This document shows positions 15,666 to 23,679 of a DNA stretch of 34,298 nt, piece by piece (position 1 is the first letter of the stretch; the number at the start of each line of letters is the position of its first letter). The DNA lies in the NCBI GenBank assembly GCA_016865935.1, contig VGOB01000030.1, positions 1 through 34,298 of the forward strand, read 5' to 3'. The position numbers and the translations under genes are program-made. This DNA is from Chloroflexota bacterium (lineage in GTDB: Bacteria > Chloroflexota > Anaerolineae > UBA4142). The notes beneath the pieces are model-generated. The model was not told the DNA's origin and made no database searches. It saw only the letters and a list, made by a program, of their open reading frames with translations.

Positions 15666-15801
15666 TCTGCTCAATCAAATCGCATTTCATTCGCCGTACC
15701 TCGCTTGGACGAATGAAGAACGCTGGTACTATTGTTTCCTCTTGAGCGCGTTGATGCTGTGTTTTTGGATCGCGTTTCCGCGCGGCGGCGGCAAGTCGTG
15801 A
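15655..15801 (+). CDS. small protein (48 aa) with an MFND N-terminus like the coat-domain family
   Basis: Overlaps the Rep stop. MFNDLLNQIAF... has a hydrophobic stretch and a GGGKS end. Weak. Confidence 0.25.
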   Translation: MFNDLLNQIAFHSPYLAWTNEERWYYCFLLSALMLCFWIAFPRGGGKS

Positions 15802-15859
15802 CGCCGGCGGGATCGCTTTGACCTGCAAATGTCCCGCATTTTGGGACACCGCGACCGCG

Positions 15860-16126
15860 CGTTGACACGAAAAAACGTTTTTTCCGCGGCGGATGACACG
15901 AAAAGCGACAAGCTTATCAGTAAGGGGCGTACTAATCGCTCCTGCCAGGCGGATGACACGAAAAAAGTCGAATTTTCCCCGCGCGCGTGATTTCCCGTAC
16001 AAAAAAAATCCCTGCCGCTCCGGAGAGCGACAGGGACTTTGTTTGTCCGGATGTTGACACGATTTCCGCGACCGCTGTTTTCGTGTCCTCGACGTGCCGG
16101 ACACGAAAAAAGGTTTCGTGTCACGC
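15860..16126. repeat. cluster of GACACGAAA(A) / TTTCGTGTC motifs (six or more copies, direct and inverted)
   Basis: ttGACACGAAAAAAcg, gcggatGACACGAAAAgcg and gcggatGACACGAAAAAAgtcg are direct copies. TTTTCGTGTCctcgacgtgccgGACACGAAAAAA is an inverted pair, and GGTTTCGTGTCACG also occurs. The motif also forms hairpins in the leaders at 11245-11276 and 12018-12046. Confidence 0.6.
16003..16050. terminator. bidirectional terminator in the convergent intergenic region
   Basis: AAAAAAAA-TCCCTGCCGCtccggagaGCGACAGGGA-CTTTGTTTGT. Confidence 0.45.
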
Positions 16127-16135
16127 TCGACCCTC

Positions 16136-16339
16136 TTATTTGCGTTTCTTCTTGAGGGCTTTTTCGAGCGGGGCGTAGGACGCCCACATCGCTGTGCGCG
16201 CGCGTTGTTGTCGCGCGCGCATCTTGCAGCGGTTGCTGCAATATTTCTTTCGACGCCCACCGCGATCCGATTGCTCGATGGGCTGGCTACACATCCGGCA
16301 CTTGTCCGGACCTGCGAACTTGTATGCCATTGCGATCAC
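16136..16339 (-). CDS. small basic zinc-ribbon protein
   Basis: CRMCSQPI...YCSNRCKMR with KR-rich tails. Confidence 0.4.
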   Translation of the reverse strand: MIAMAYKFAGPDKCRMCSQPIEQSDRGGRRKKYCSNRCKMRARQQRARTAMWASYAPLEKALKKKRK

Positions 16340-16650
16340 CTCCTTTCCTCGATTTTGACTTCTCTGACGATCTGCGCGAACGTGGTTGGATCCACGCGGA
16401 ACGTCAGCACTTTTGGTTGCCAGGTGCGATCAAAGTCAACAGGCGCGGACCAGTCGTTTTTGACGGAAGCTATGTACCACCCCGGGGGGGTTTTGACACG
16501 TCCTCGATGCATCTGCCAAATGCAGTACAAGGCGTGATTGTGCAAATGCAGTTCGTCGAATTCTTCGGCGAGGTTTGCGACGGTCGTGAGTGATAGTCCG
16601 ATTGCTTCGGTTAGCATTGTGAGCAGTTCGTTGTCAATCGTCTTCGTCAT
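16336..16650 (-). CDS. hypothetical protein
   Basis: 104-aa ORF packed tightly with its neighbours (start/stop overlaps). Typical protein-like composition. Confidence 0.4.
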   Translation of the reverse strand: MTKTIDNELLTMLTEAIGLSLTTVANLAEEFDELHLHNHALYCIWQMHRGRVKTPPGWYIASVKNDWSAPVDFDRTWQPKVLTFRVDPTTFAQIVREVKIEERR

Positions 16651-17263
16651 CGCGCATCCCTCGCATTTTCTCGACTTGTCGGCGCGCCATAACCCGCGCG
16701 TGATGCTGCTGGATGGGTATTAGGACTTGAGCGGCGATTTCGTGCGGAATGTCGTCCAGGTCGATCTTGACGTCCCGCAGCGTGATGTTGATGGTGCCAT
16801 AGACGCCATAGGACAAGGGTAAGTGCAAGCGCGTGGTTTCGCCTTCGCATTTTTCGGGCGGTTTGACGCCCAGCAGATCGGCGAACTTCTTTGTAAGCCG
16901 CATAACTGCTTCCACGTTTGCGTTGTACTCGGCGTGGCGGACTTTTGCTTCCGCAAGATCGGCGAGACATTTCGGGAGTAGCCGCCGGTGAATGTCTTTG
17001 ACGATCTGCTCGATGCTCTTGGCGACGCTTACGCCGATCTCGTGTCGTCCTTTCTCATTTCTTTGATTGTACGTGAGAAAGTCTCTCCACATACCGAAAC
17101 CGGCTGAGATTCGAATTCGTCCTCTTTCGTCGTGGACGTAGAGCATCAATTCTGACTTTGGATCGATGATTCTTGCGCTCCAGGATTGTTGTTCGTCGTC
17201 GAACTCCCATCCCATAATCGTGGCGATTTGCTTCGCCACAAAGTGAATGTCAATCTCACCCAT
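16634..17263 (-). CDS. hypothetical protein (209 aa)
   Basis: Long ORF, operon-packed. Confidence 0.45.
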   Translation of the reverse strand: MGEIDIHFVAKQIATIMGWEFDDEQQSWSARIIDPKSELMLYVHDERGRIRISAGFGMWRDFLTYNQRNEKGRHEIGVSVAKSIEQIVKDIHRRLLPKCLADLAEAKVRHAEYNANVEAVMRLTKKFADLLGVKPPEKCEGETTRLHLPLSYGVYGTINITLRDVKIDLDDIPHEIAAQVLIPIQQHHARVMARRQVEKMRGMRDDEDD

Positions 17264-17585
17264 CGGTCCTCCCTTTCCCCGGATTGCACAAGGGGCAATC
17301 CTTTTTGAGACCTCGCCACCGGCGTCCGCCGTTTCCGTCCTGCTGCATATGCAGGTGCGCGACGTGTACTTTTCCGTCGCGCGTGATGATGTACGATAGT
17401 TCTGCGCGTGCGTAGGACTCGTCTGCTCGATGCGTGATGTACTTGTGATCCCGATTCAAGGACGGATGATCCGGATACCAGGATACGCGCATCTCGTAGT
17501 CCTCTCGCTTGGCGCGTCGACGCGCCTCCCGGATTGCTTCAAGACTTGTCATAGTTTTTTCTCCTTTCTCAGAACCAGGACGCAA
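17256..17585 (-). CDS. hypothetical protein (start uncertain)
   Basis: ORF overlaps its neighbours. Cys pair CPLC near the C-terminus. Confidence 0.3.
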   Translation of the reverse strand: MRPGSEKGEKTMTSLEAIREARRRAKREDYEMRVSWYPDHPSLNRDHKYITHRADESYARAELSYIITRDGKVHVAHLHMQQDGNGGRRWRGLKKDCPLCNPGKGRTDG

Positions 17586-18192
17586 ACACAGGTTCGCGTT
17601 GGTTGTCGTTGGCTTCTTGCACGAGCGCGCGCGCCATCTTGAAACTGCTCATATATCCGTGATGCGATCTTCGTCCGCTTGGACTGATCGCGTACTGCAC
17701 CGGCTTGGTGGGATTGCCTTTGTAGCACGCGTCGATCCATTCGCAATAGTCCGGATCGCCGATGAGCGCATTTCGCAAGATGCTGGCGGCGTGGCTGGGT
17801 GTTGCATAGCCCAGGGATTCACAAATCACGTGCGCGACGATGTTGGGCCATCGGCGCATAATTTGTTCACGGGTCATTGTCTCGATCATCACGCGGCGAT
17901 CTTTGTCTTTGATCAGCGGCTTGACGTTGTACTCCAGGCGTCGCGCTTGTCGCCACATTCGGTTGTATCGTTCGTCCATCTGTTTTAGCAGTTGCTTGTT
18001 GCTGTAACAGGTGTTTGTCCACTTGAAACGCTCGATGTCGGCGATTGCGCGGTTCAGTTCGGGCAAGGTCATTGCCTCGATGTCCGGCTCGATGTTTGAG
18101 ATCGTTGCTACGACTGCCGGTTGTTCCTCTGCGTACTCGTCTAGGACGTACCACAGTGTTTCTGCCTCGCCGTGCCAAGTTGTCGCGATCAT
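17569..18192 (-). CDS. hypothetical protein (207 aa)
   Basis: Long ORF with protein-like composition. Confidence 0.45.
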   Translation of the reverse strand: MIATTWHGEAETLWYVLDEYAEEQPAVVATISNIEPDIEAMTLPELNRAIADIERFKWTNTCYSNKQLLKQMDERYNRMWRQARRLEYNVKPLIKDKDRRVMIETMTREQIMRRWPNIVAHVICESLGYATPSHAASILRNALIGDPDYCEWIDACYKGNPTKPVQYAISPSGRRSHHGYMSSFKMARALVQEANDNQREPVFASWF

Positions 18193-18746
18193 TCCTCATC
18201 CCCCCTTCCAATCAAGCGTGGTTGTTGTGTCTTTGATGGGCGCGGGTTTGCATTCACACGCACACTGCCGTAATTTTCCCGAATTTCGTCAATGGTGAAT
18301 TCCCGATGTCCACCGGCGGGAATTCCAGCGAAGTACCACAACTTCTTTTTCGCCGCCCATCGGAATTTTGCGGCTTTGAGTTGTTCGCGGTTCTCTTTCG
18401 TGTTGCCGCCCACCCAAACCCACAAGCCGCAAATCTCGATGTCGAGTCCCTCGATGCCGATGATTTGCTCGATGGCTTGGCGAATTCGCTCGTCAACTGC
18501 GGCGGCGTCTGTGAAGTCTTGCGCCGTTGGTTCGGGTTTGCCTTGCTGACGCGCTTTCTCGCGCATCTCGGCTTGCCGGAACATCGCGGACGCCTGGGCA
18601 TACTCGACGTTGATTTCTTGCATCGCGCGAGTACGCATTTCTTTTTCATCCGACGTGCCCAAGTCCGGATGAAACATTTTACACAACCGGCGATATTCGA
18701 TTTTCACATCTTCGGCGGTCGTGCAATTGTGAAAGTGCTTTAACAC
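18189..18746 (-). CDS. J-domain (DnaJ-like co-chaperone domain) protein
   Basis: EDVKIEYRRLCKMFHPDLG carries the HPD tripeptide in the helix II-III context of J-domains. Confidence 0.55.
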   Translation of the reverse strand: MLKHFHNCTTAEDVKIEYRRLCKMFHPDLGTSDEKEMRTRAMQEINVEYAQASAMFRQAEMREKARQQGKPEPTAQDFTDAAAVDERIRQAIEQIIGIEGLDIEICGLWVWVGGNTKENREQLKAAKFRWAAKKKLWYFAGIPAGGHREFTIDEIRENYGSVRVNANPRPSKTQQPRLIGRGDEE

Positions 18747-18801
18747 TCTGATTCTCCTTTTGGAGCGCCTTGATCATCGCACGATCAAGGTGCATTGGTT
18801 T

Positions 18802-19023
18802 TTAGTCATAACAGAAGTGTTTGATGTCGTTGTGCCAGGTGACGATCAATATTACGCTTTCGGCGCGAATCGAGCAGCACTCGCTCATATACGTTTCATA
18901 CGTGTAAATGTCGTAGTACTCTTTGCCTTTGTCGTCTCGATGGTCGAAGTAGACCACGAACGACTTGCCTGGGTTTCGTTTGGCTGATCGCTTGGCGAGT
19001 GCAATCGCGTTGCGCTTTGTCAT
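18802..19023 (-). CDS. hypothetical protein (74 aa; the longer ORF extension upstream is probably not coding)
   Basis: Start taken at MTKRNAIALAKR. The upstream extension is R/S-rich low-complexity. Confidence 0.3.
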   Translation of the reverse strand: MTKRNAIALAKRSAKRNPGKSFVVYFDHRDDKGKEYYDIYTYETYMSECCSIRAESVILIVTWHNDIKHFCYD

Positions 19024-19060
19024 TGGGCGGTCAAAGTTGTTCACAGTTGTTGAGTTCCTT

Positions 19061-19570
19061 TCATTCCAACCATCCCTCGTGCAATGCTTGTCTTGCGGCA
19101 TCTCGAAGAGCGGCGCGCGCATAGACCACGTTGATCCGAGCTTCTCCCAGCAGTTGCGTGAGGTGATCGGTGATGAGATATTCCGCCTGGCGCGTGCTGC
19201 GCTCGGTGCGGAATTGATTTTTCCATTCTTGGGCTTTGATCGGCGCGTCGTCGTACTCATCCACGCCGATCCCGTTGCCTAGGTTTGCGTTGATCCGCAA
19301 TTCGTTCAAGACGCGTCCGGCGATCACAAGGACCTTACGCCGTGCCTTGCGGTTCTTGCGGTCGCGCGGATCGTGCGACTGATCGAGAATCTCCTCGATG
19401 CGTTCGACGAACGCTTCGGGGATCGCCTCGACGAATCTTGGATCATCGCTGGCAAGCCGGTTGATCTCGCCGTTCTCGTCTTCGAGCTCGGAGAGCATTT
19501 CGACTTGACTCCATTTTCGGGCTTGCCATCGCGCGTAATTGAGCGCACAACGCGCGACGTACACCGGCAA
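19061..19570 (-). CDS. sigma-70 family factor (regions 2 and 4), phage-type; true start upstream and non-ATG or frameshifted
   Basis: Region 2.2-2.4-like EGLIAALRTYDPAKSSLPVYVARCALNYARW and region 4.2-like LGEARINVVYARAALRDAARQAL. Homology continues upstream of the TTG at 19570 to an in-frame stop at 19647-19649, with no ATG. Confidence 0.5.
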   Translation of the reverse strand: MPVYVARCALNYARWQARKWSQVEMLSELEDENGEINRLASDDPRFVEAIPEAFVERIEEILDQSHDPRDRKNRKARRKVLVIAGRVLNELRINANLGNGIGVDEYDDAPIKAQEWKNQFRTERSTRQAEYLITDHLTQLLGEARINVVYARAALRDAARQALHEGWLE

Positions 19571-19608
19571 ACTGCTTTTCGCCGGATCGTATGTCCGGAG
19601 TGCCGCGA

Positions 19609-19752
19609 TCAGCCCTTCGGAAAGGGCTTCTTCCAGCTGAAGGTTTCATCGTCCGAATCGTGTACAAAGAGGTCTTCGCTGTACGTGCGCTCGATGCACC
19701 ACGGAATGTTGGTGCATTTGTAGTCGAACGTTGCGATCCAGGATATTTTCAT
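19609..19752 (-). CDS. small ORF (47 aa) with GGAGGTGA RBS, overlapping the sigma reading frame in the +1 frame
   Basis: MKISWIATFDYKCTNIPWCIERTYSEDLFVHDSDDETFSWKKPFPKG. Its stop lies inside the sigma-homologous frame. Confidence 0.3.
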   Translation of the reverse strand: MKISWIATFDYKCTNIPWCIERTYSEDLFVHDSDDETFSWKKPFPKG

Positions 19753-19758
19753 CGTTTC

Positions 19759-20112
19759 TCACCTCCTTTCGCCCGTGACGTAGAACTCAATCGCTCGTTT
19801 GATAACAGATGCGTGGCACGGCAACGGATCGCACCAACAAACCAACACGATTGTTTTTTCCGCTTTGGCGATTTCAACGAGACGCATCAACTCATCTTTC
19901 ACCGCACTATGCTCACGTTGACACTCGCCCCACAACCACTTGCGATACTTTTCGATCACTTGCGTTCGCGTTCCATCGCGTCCGACTCGAAAAGGATTTC
20001 CCAAAATGCTCCCCTTCCGAATTTGTTCGCATCCCGATTTCATCGGACGCCCCACATACACGATTGAACTCACCCAATCGCGCACCTGCTTGACGTTTCC
20101 TACTTTGATCAT
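19759..20112 (-). CDS. DUF4326 family protein
   Basis: VYVGRP...GNPF...IEKYRKWL...LVCWCDPLPCHASVI matches the DUF4326 pattern common in phages. Confidence 0.55.
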   Translation of the reverse strand: MIKVGNVKQVRDWVSSIVYVGRPMKSGCEQIRKGSILGNPFRVGRDGTRTQVIEKYRKWLWGECQREHSAVKDELMRLVEIAKAEKTIVLVCWCDPLPCHASVIKRAIEFYVTGERR

Positions 20113-20216
20113 TTCGCCAACCCCTTTCGCAAAAAAGTGTATTCGATCTCGAAACCGCTGAGATCGCTTGCGACACACCGCAAGGCGGGCTGAGCATCAA
20201 GCCCGATGCGTTTTTT

Positions 20217-20242
20217 GTGGCGGTTTGTTTACAAACCGCCAC
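20217..20242. repeat. 26-bp perfect palindrome GTGGCGGTTTGTTTACAAACCGCCAC (copy 1) followed by a CGTAGTT motif
   Basis: Second copy at 20624-20650 (GTGGCGGTTTGTGAAACAAACCGCCAC). Both are preceded by GCGTTTTTT. CGTAGTT recurs at ~20232, 20559, 20572 and 20692. Confidence 0.55.
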
Positions 20243-20623
20243 GTAGTTCGCATCGCCAAGCACGAGGCGTTCTGACCCGTAGGGCGGCGCGTTTTTTGCG
20301 CCGTTTTTTAAGGTTAGCCGTTTTTTGGCGGTGCGTTTTAATCGGCGCGGGGTTTGCGCCAAGAAGAAAACGCAAACCTTAAAAAATCAGTAACGCGCTT
20401 TCCGTGCTGGCTTGATGCCAGCCCGTGCACAGAACGATGACAAACCCTCTAACTTGGAAACCGCGCACGTAGCAAATCACGTCTGTGCGGCGTCTCGCCC
20501 GTTCCTTTGGTTTGCGTGCGCCCCTCAGCTCGTTTTTTGTGAGGGCAACATCGGCGCGTAGTTTTGCCGCGTAGTTTGCGGCAATTGCGCCGACAAGCGG
20601 GAATGAATCGGCGTGCGTTTTTT

Positions 20624-20650
20624 GTGGCGGTTTGTGAAACAAACCGCCAC
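20624..20650. repeat. palindrome copy 2 (see 20217-20242)
   Basis: Same arms with a different central trinucleotide. Confidence 0.55.
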
Positions 20651-21366
20651 GCAGTTCGCACGTCCTTAGCCCCGCTTGGTTGCCCGAACGTAGTTCGAGC
20701 AGGAGGCGCACGCAAGGGCGAGTGGGACGCCGCGCGCTTACGTGATTTGCGCTTTTGCGGTTTCTCAAGGTGTCGAACATCAAAAAGTGTAGATCGGACG
20801 CAACCTTGCGGTATGATCGCGAGCGTTAGAATCGCTTTAGTCACGTCCTTACATTTTCCGATGGCACGATGCGCTTTTCGCGCGTAGTGTGCGCGCATTT
20901 TGCATCGGCACATCGGAAAATGCTCGATCAGCGTGACGACGTAGAGACGAAAGGGGGGTATGGGGGGACAATCGAAATGTCCCCCCATCCGTTCGCGTTT
21001 TTCGCGAACGGTTCCCGCGTTCATCTGCAAACAAGCAAACGAGCGTCAGTCTCGTTTGCCTTTCGACTCGGCGACGCGACACGGAAAAAAATCGACATTC
21101 CTCGCCTGATCAGAAAGAACAACACACACACGCATTAAAATTCTTGCGCGGTCGCCGCTTTTCGGCGGGTACCGCGCAAGTCCATAAAGGGGGGGGCGTT
21201 ACGGGGGGGCGCACAGTGGTCGCCGTGCTTTTTGCGGCGCATTTTGCCGCGCACGTCGCGGCGATCCACTGCCCCCCCGTTAGAAGGGGGTGCGTGAATC
21301 GCTTTTCGATGAACGCAGGGGGAAAACTTTCCCCCTATATCTTAAAAAAGAAACAAAAGGAAAGCA

Positions 21367-21609
21367 TCATTCTTTTATTTCTTTTTTCTTCTCCTTCTCC
21401 TTCTCCTTCTCCTTCTCCTTCTCTTTCTTCTTCTTCCGGTAGACGTACATATAGCAAGCCGCATTGCGGATTGCTTTTTTGTGGTACCATATTTCAACGC
21501 GCGCTAACCGGTAGCCCTGTTTTTTCATTTCTGCGTGGGCTTTGAAGAAGTCAAAGGCGGCTTCGTTTCTGATTTTGACGACGCAGGGTAAGATGATTTC
21601 TTTTTTCAT
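21367..21609 (-). CDS. small protein with C-terminal (EK)n tract encoded by a hexanucleotide microsatellite
   Basis: MKKEIILPCVVKIRNEAAFDFFKAHAEMKKQGYRLARVEIWYHKK..., then KKKKEKEKEKEKEKEKKKEIKE. GAGGGAAG RBS. Confidence 0.4.
   Translation of the reverse strand: MKKEIILPCVVKIRNEAAFDFFKAHAEMKKQGYRLARVEIWYHKKAIRNAACYMYVYRKKKKEKEKEKEKEKEKKKEIKE
21385..21437. repeat. (CTCCTT)6 hexanucleotide microsatellite with flanking CTT repeats
   Basis: cttCTCCTTCTCCTTCTCCTTCTCCTTCTCCTTCTCCTTctctttcttcttctt. Confidence 0.7.
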
Positions 21610-21612
21610 TTC

Positions 21613-21942
21613 CTATCTTCCCTCTAACTGTTTCATTGTCTCTTTGAGTTTGGCATATTGAATTGCCAAATTCAAATCGGCGTTAGAGCAAATGAGCGCT
21701 CCGTCCTTGTTGATGTGCCATTGATCTTTGGCAATGGCGGACATTCTGTCGCGCGCTTCGTCCGCTGTGCGGAATGGCGTCACCCTGAGTTTGGTCGTAG
21801 TCCAGCCGCCCCACTCTTCGCCATCAGTCCAGGCAATAACATTGCCGCCTGTCTCGATAACGTAAGTCGTGCGGTCATTCGCGTCCAAAGTGCCAAGAAC
21901 GGGTATTTGTCGTCCGCCCCAGTTGACTGTTTGTTGACTCAT
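21613..21942 (-). CDS. hypothetical protein (109 aa)
   Basis: AGGGGAGGA RBS. Confidence 0.5.
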   Translation of the reverse strand: MSQQTVNWGGRQIPVLGTLDANDRTTYVIETGGNVIAWTDGEEWGGWTTTKLRVTPFRTADEARDRMSAIAKDQWHINKDGALICSNADLNLAIQYAKLKETMKQLEGR

Positions 21943-22280
21943 TATCCTCCCCTTTGCTCGTAGAATCGTCGCTTTTCTTCCGCTTCCTCGTTGAACGGAT
22001 CTTCTTCCACGAGATCACTTGGATCAGGAATGGATAACTCGAACCCCTCTGCCTCTGCGTCTCTGATCGCTTTCTTGCAAATCTCGATCAGTAGTTTGAA
22101 AGCGGCTCGCATCTCGGCAATTTGCTTGTCGTCCAACATTCCTTGCAATGTCGGATTGACCATTGGTTCAAACGTGGTCTTTCGATTCCTGATTACTGCG
22201 CTGATGTTGCACAGCTGGATCACGTCTCGCACGTTCGGATCACTCAGCAGTCCTACGCTGAATGGCGTTTTTGTAGGCAT
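21942..22280 (-). CDS. hypothetical acidic protein (112 aa)
   Basis: ORF with start/stop overlap to its neighbour. Confidence 0.45.
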   Translation of the reverse strand: MPTKTPFSVGLLSDPNVRDVIQLCNISAVIRNRKTTFEPMVNPTLQGMLDDKQIAEMRAAFKLLIEICKKAIRDAEAEGFELSIPDPSDLVEEDPFNEEAEEKRRFYEQRGG

Positions 22281-22295
22281 TTAGTTGCCTCCTTT

Positions 22296-22691
22296 TTAGT
22301 TTGTCGTTGTCAAATAATTTGATGACTGTGGTTGCGTATGTCGTCGTGATCGTGATGGTCGCTTTTTTGCTCTTTCCTCGCGTTCTTTGACTACGCCAAG
22401 CCACTTGATCATCAAACGCAGTTTTTCGTCCTTTGCTTCATTTGACCATTCCTCTCCCCACCACCTTATGCGCGCGTTGATTGTGTCTTTGTACTGCTGA
22501 TCTAATCGCCGGTATATCTTGAGCAGTTCCCAGAATCCTTCTGAAATGCCCTCGTAGCGTCCATCGGGACACAGAGAAAAAGTAATTGGGGCCGGATTCC
22601 ATCGATCAAGCATCACGCAGAAATCAACGGCGTCCATTACTCCTTCATCGTCTTGGGGATTCAGTGCGAGATAGACCTGGTTTTTTCTCAT
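22296..22691 (-). CDS. hypothetical protein (start uncertain; 22790 is an alternative)
   Basis: Trp-rich protein (IRWWGEEW). Confidence 0.35.
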   Translation of the reverse strand: MRKNQVYLALNPQDDEGVMDAVDFCVMLDRWNPAPITFSLCPDGRYEGISEGFWELLKIYRRLDQQYKDTINARIRWWGEEWSNEAKDEKLRLMIKWLGVVKEREERAKKRPSRSRRHTQPQSSNYLTTTN

Positions 22692-22839
22692 CTGAATACC
22701 AATTCCAGTATCACCGGCACACCTAACGCGCAACCGATGATCGCGAAAATTCCGAACGGACCGTTTTTGATGCACGTCGGCACGAGCCAATAGATGCCCC
22801 AGGGGACGAGCCCTACCGATAGTAGCACAAGCCCTGGAA

Positions 22840-23298
22840 TTATGTCGTCCATAAGGACCTGAAGGACCTGATCGCGCGCTGGATTGCGATTATGACGCCC
22901 ACTGCTAACCAGGGCACGGTTAGCAGGGTCAATAGAAACGGCACCAGCGGTATTTGTTCCTCTTTCTGTTTCGGCACCACTTTTTCTTCCTCCACTTCTA
23001 CTTCCAGTTCGGATAGCGAAATAAGGATCGAATCAATCTCGTCGGCGCAAATCGCTAGTTCGCCTTTTTCCCCCAGGTTGATGACGTGCTCGATGGCGGT
23101 CGCGGCGGCTTCTTGCCAGGCAAGACTCAGATCGCGCACATCATCGCACCAGATTTTCAGTTCGCCGGCGGCCGTGATCGGTTTGCTTTCTTTGTATGGC
23201 GATACCTTCGCCGATACCCCAAATGTGAATTTCACCTGTCCTTGAAAGGTCGGATCGGGTTTGTTGTCGAATTTTTTGTCGAAAATGTTCGTGCTCAT
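22840..23298 (-). CDS. hypothetical protein with C-terminal TM helix
   Basis: AAGGAG RBS. C-terminus LVPFLLTLLTVPWLAVGVIIAI. Confidence 0.5.
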   Translation of the reverse strand: MSTNIFDKKFDNKPDPTFQGQVKFTFGVSAKVSPYKESKPITAAGELKIWCDDVRDLSLAWQEAAATAIEHVINLGEKGELAICADEIDSILISLSELEVEVEEEKVVPKQKEEQIPLVPFLLTLLTVPWLAVGVIIAIQRAIRSFRSLWTT

Positions 23299-23484
23299 TC
23301 TTTCTTTCTCCTTTTCGGATTTTGGATTTCTTTTATTCTTCGTCCTCGCCCCAGGATCGAACCGGCGAGGTCATTGCTCGATGTCTGATCCAGTTTCGGA
23401 TCGTGTCGTAGACGATGAAGATGCTGACTACACAACCGATCAGAGTGACCAGTACTTCGGGCAAATGGTCGAGCGCGTTGACAA

Positions 23485-23679
23485 TCATTCTGCTTTTTCC
23501 TCCTCCTCTTTTGGTTTTGGAACCGGTTTCAGCACCAGGGAAACAGTGTGGTAAAACGTGTACACGGTCCCGTCAATTTCGACCACACCCTGGATTGCCG
23601 CCGTGCCGAAAACAATCTTGTGTTGCCTGTGAAACGTGGGATGCACGATGATTTTTTCGTCCCTTACATCACCCTTCAT
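23485..23679 (-). CDS. hypothetical small protein
   Basis: 64-aa ORF. Confidence 0.3.
   Translation of the reverse strand: MKGDVRDEKIIVHPTFHRQHKIVFGTAAIQGVVEIDGTVYTFYHTVSLVLKPVPKPKEEEEKAE

Larger units (their letters stand above)
5390..16135 (+). mobile_element. inovirus-like (filamentous phage) module: ssDNA-phage-type Rep, Zot-like ATPase, pIII-like adsorption protein, many coat-like small membrane proteins, repeat-rich intergenic region
   Basis: Gene content and order listed above. All genes are on one strand, each with an RBS and frequent start/stop overlaps. The boundaries are approximate. Confidence 0.4.

Noticed and set aside
15649-16260. 203-aa and 170-aa minus-strand ORFs over the GACACGAAA repeat region
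   Set aside because: They span a non-coding repeat and terminator region. Arg-rich composition, no start context.
20379-21082. ORFs of 134-193 aa on both strands in the 20.1-21.4 kb region
   Set aside because: Region dominated by palindromes, iterons and G-tracts. Translations are Arg/Ala/Cys-rich low-complexity. More plausibly a non-coding origin or regulatory region.
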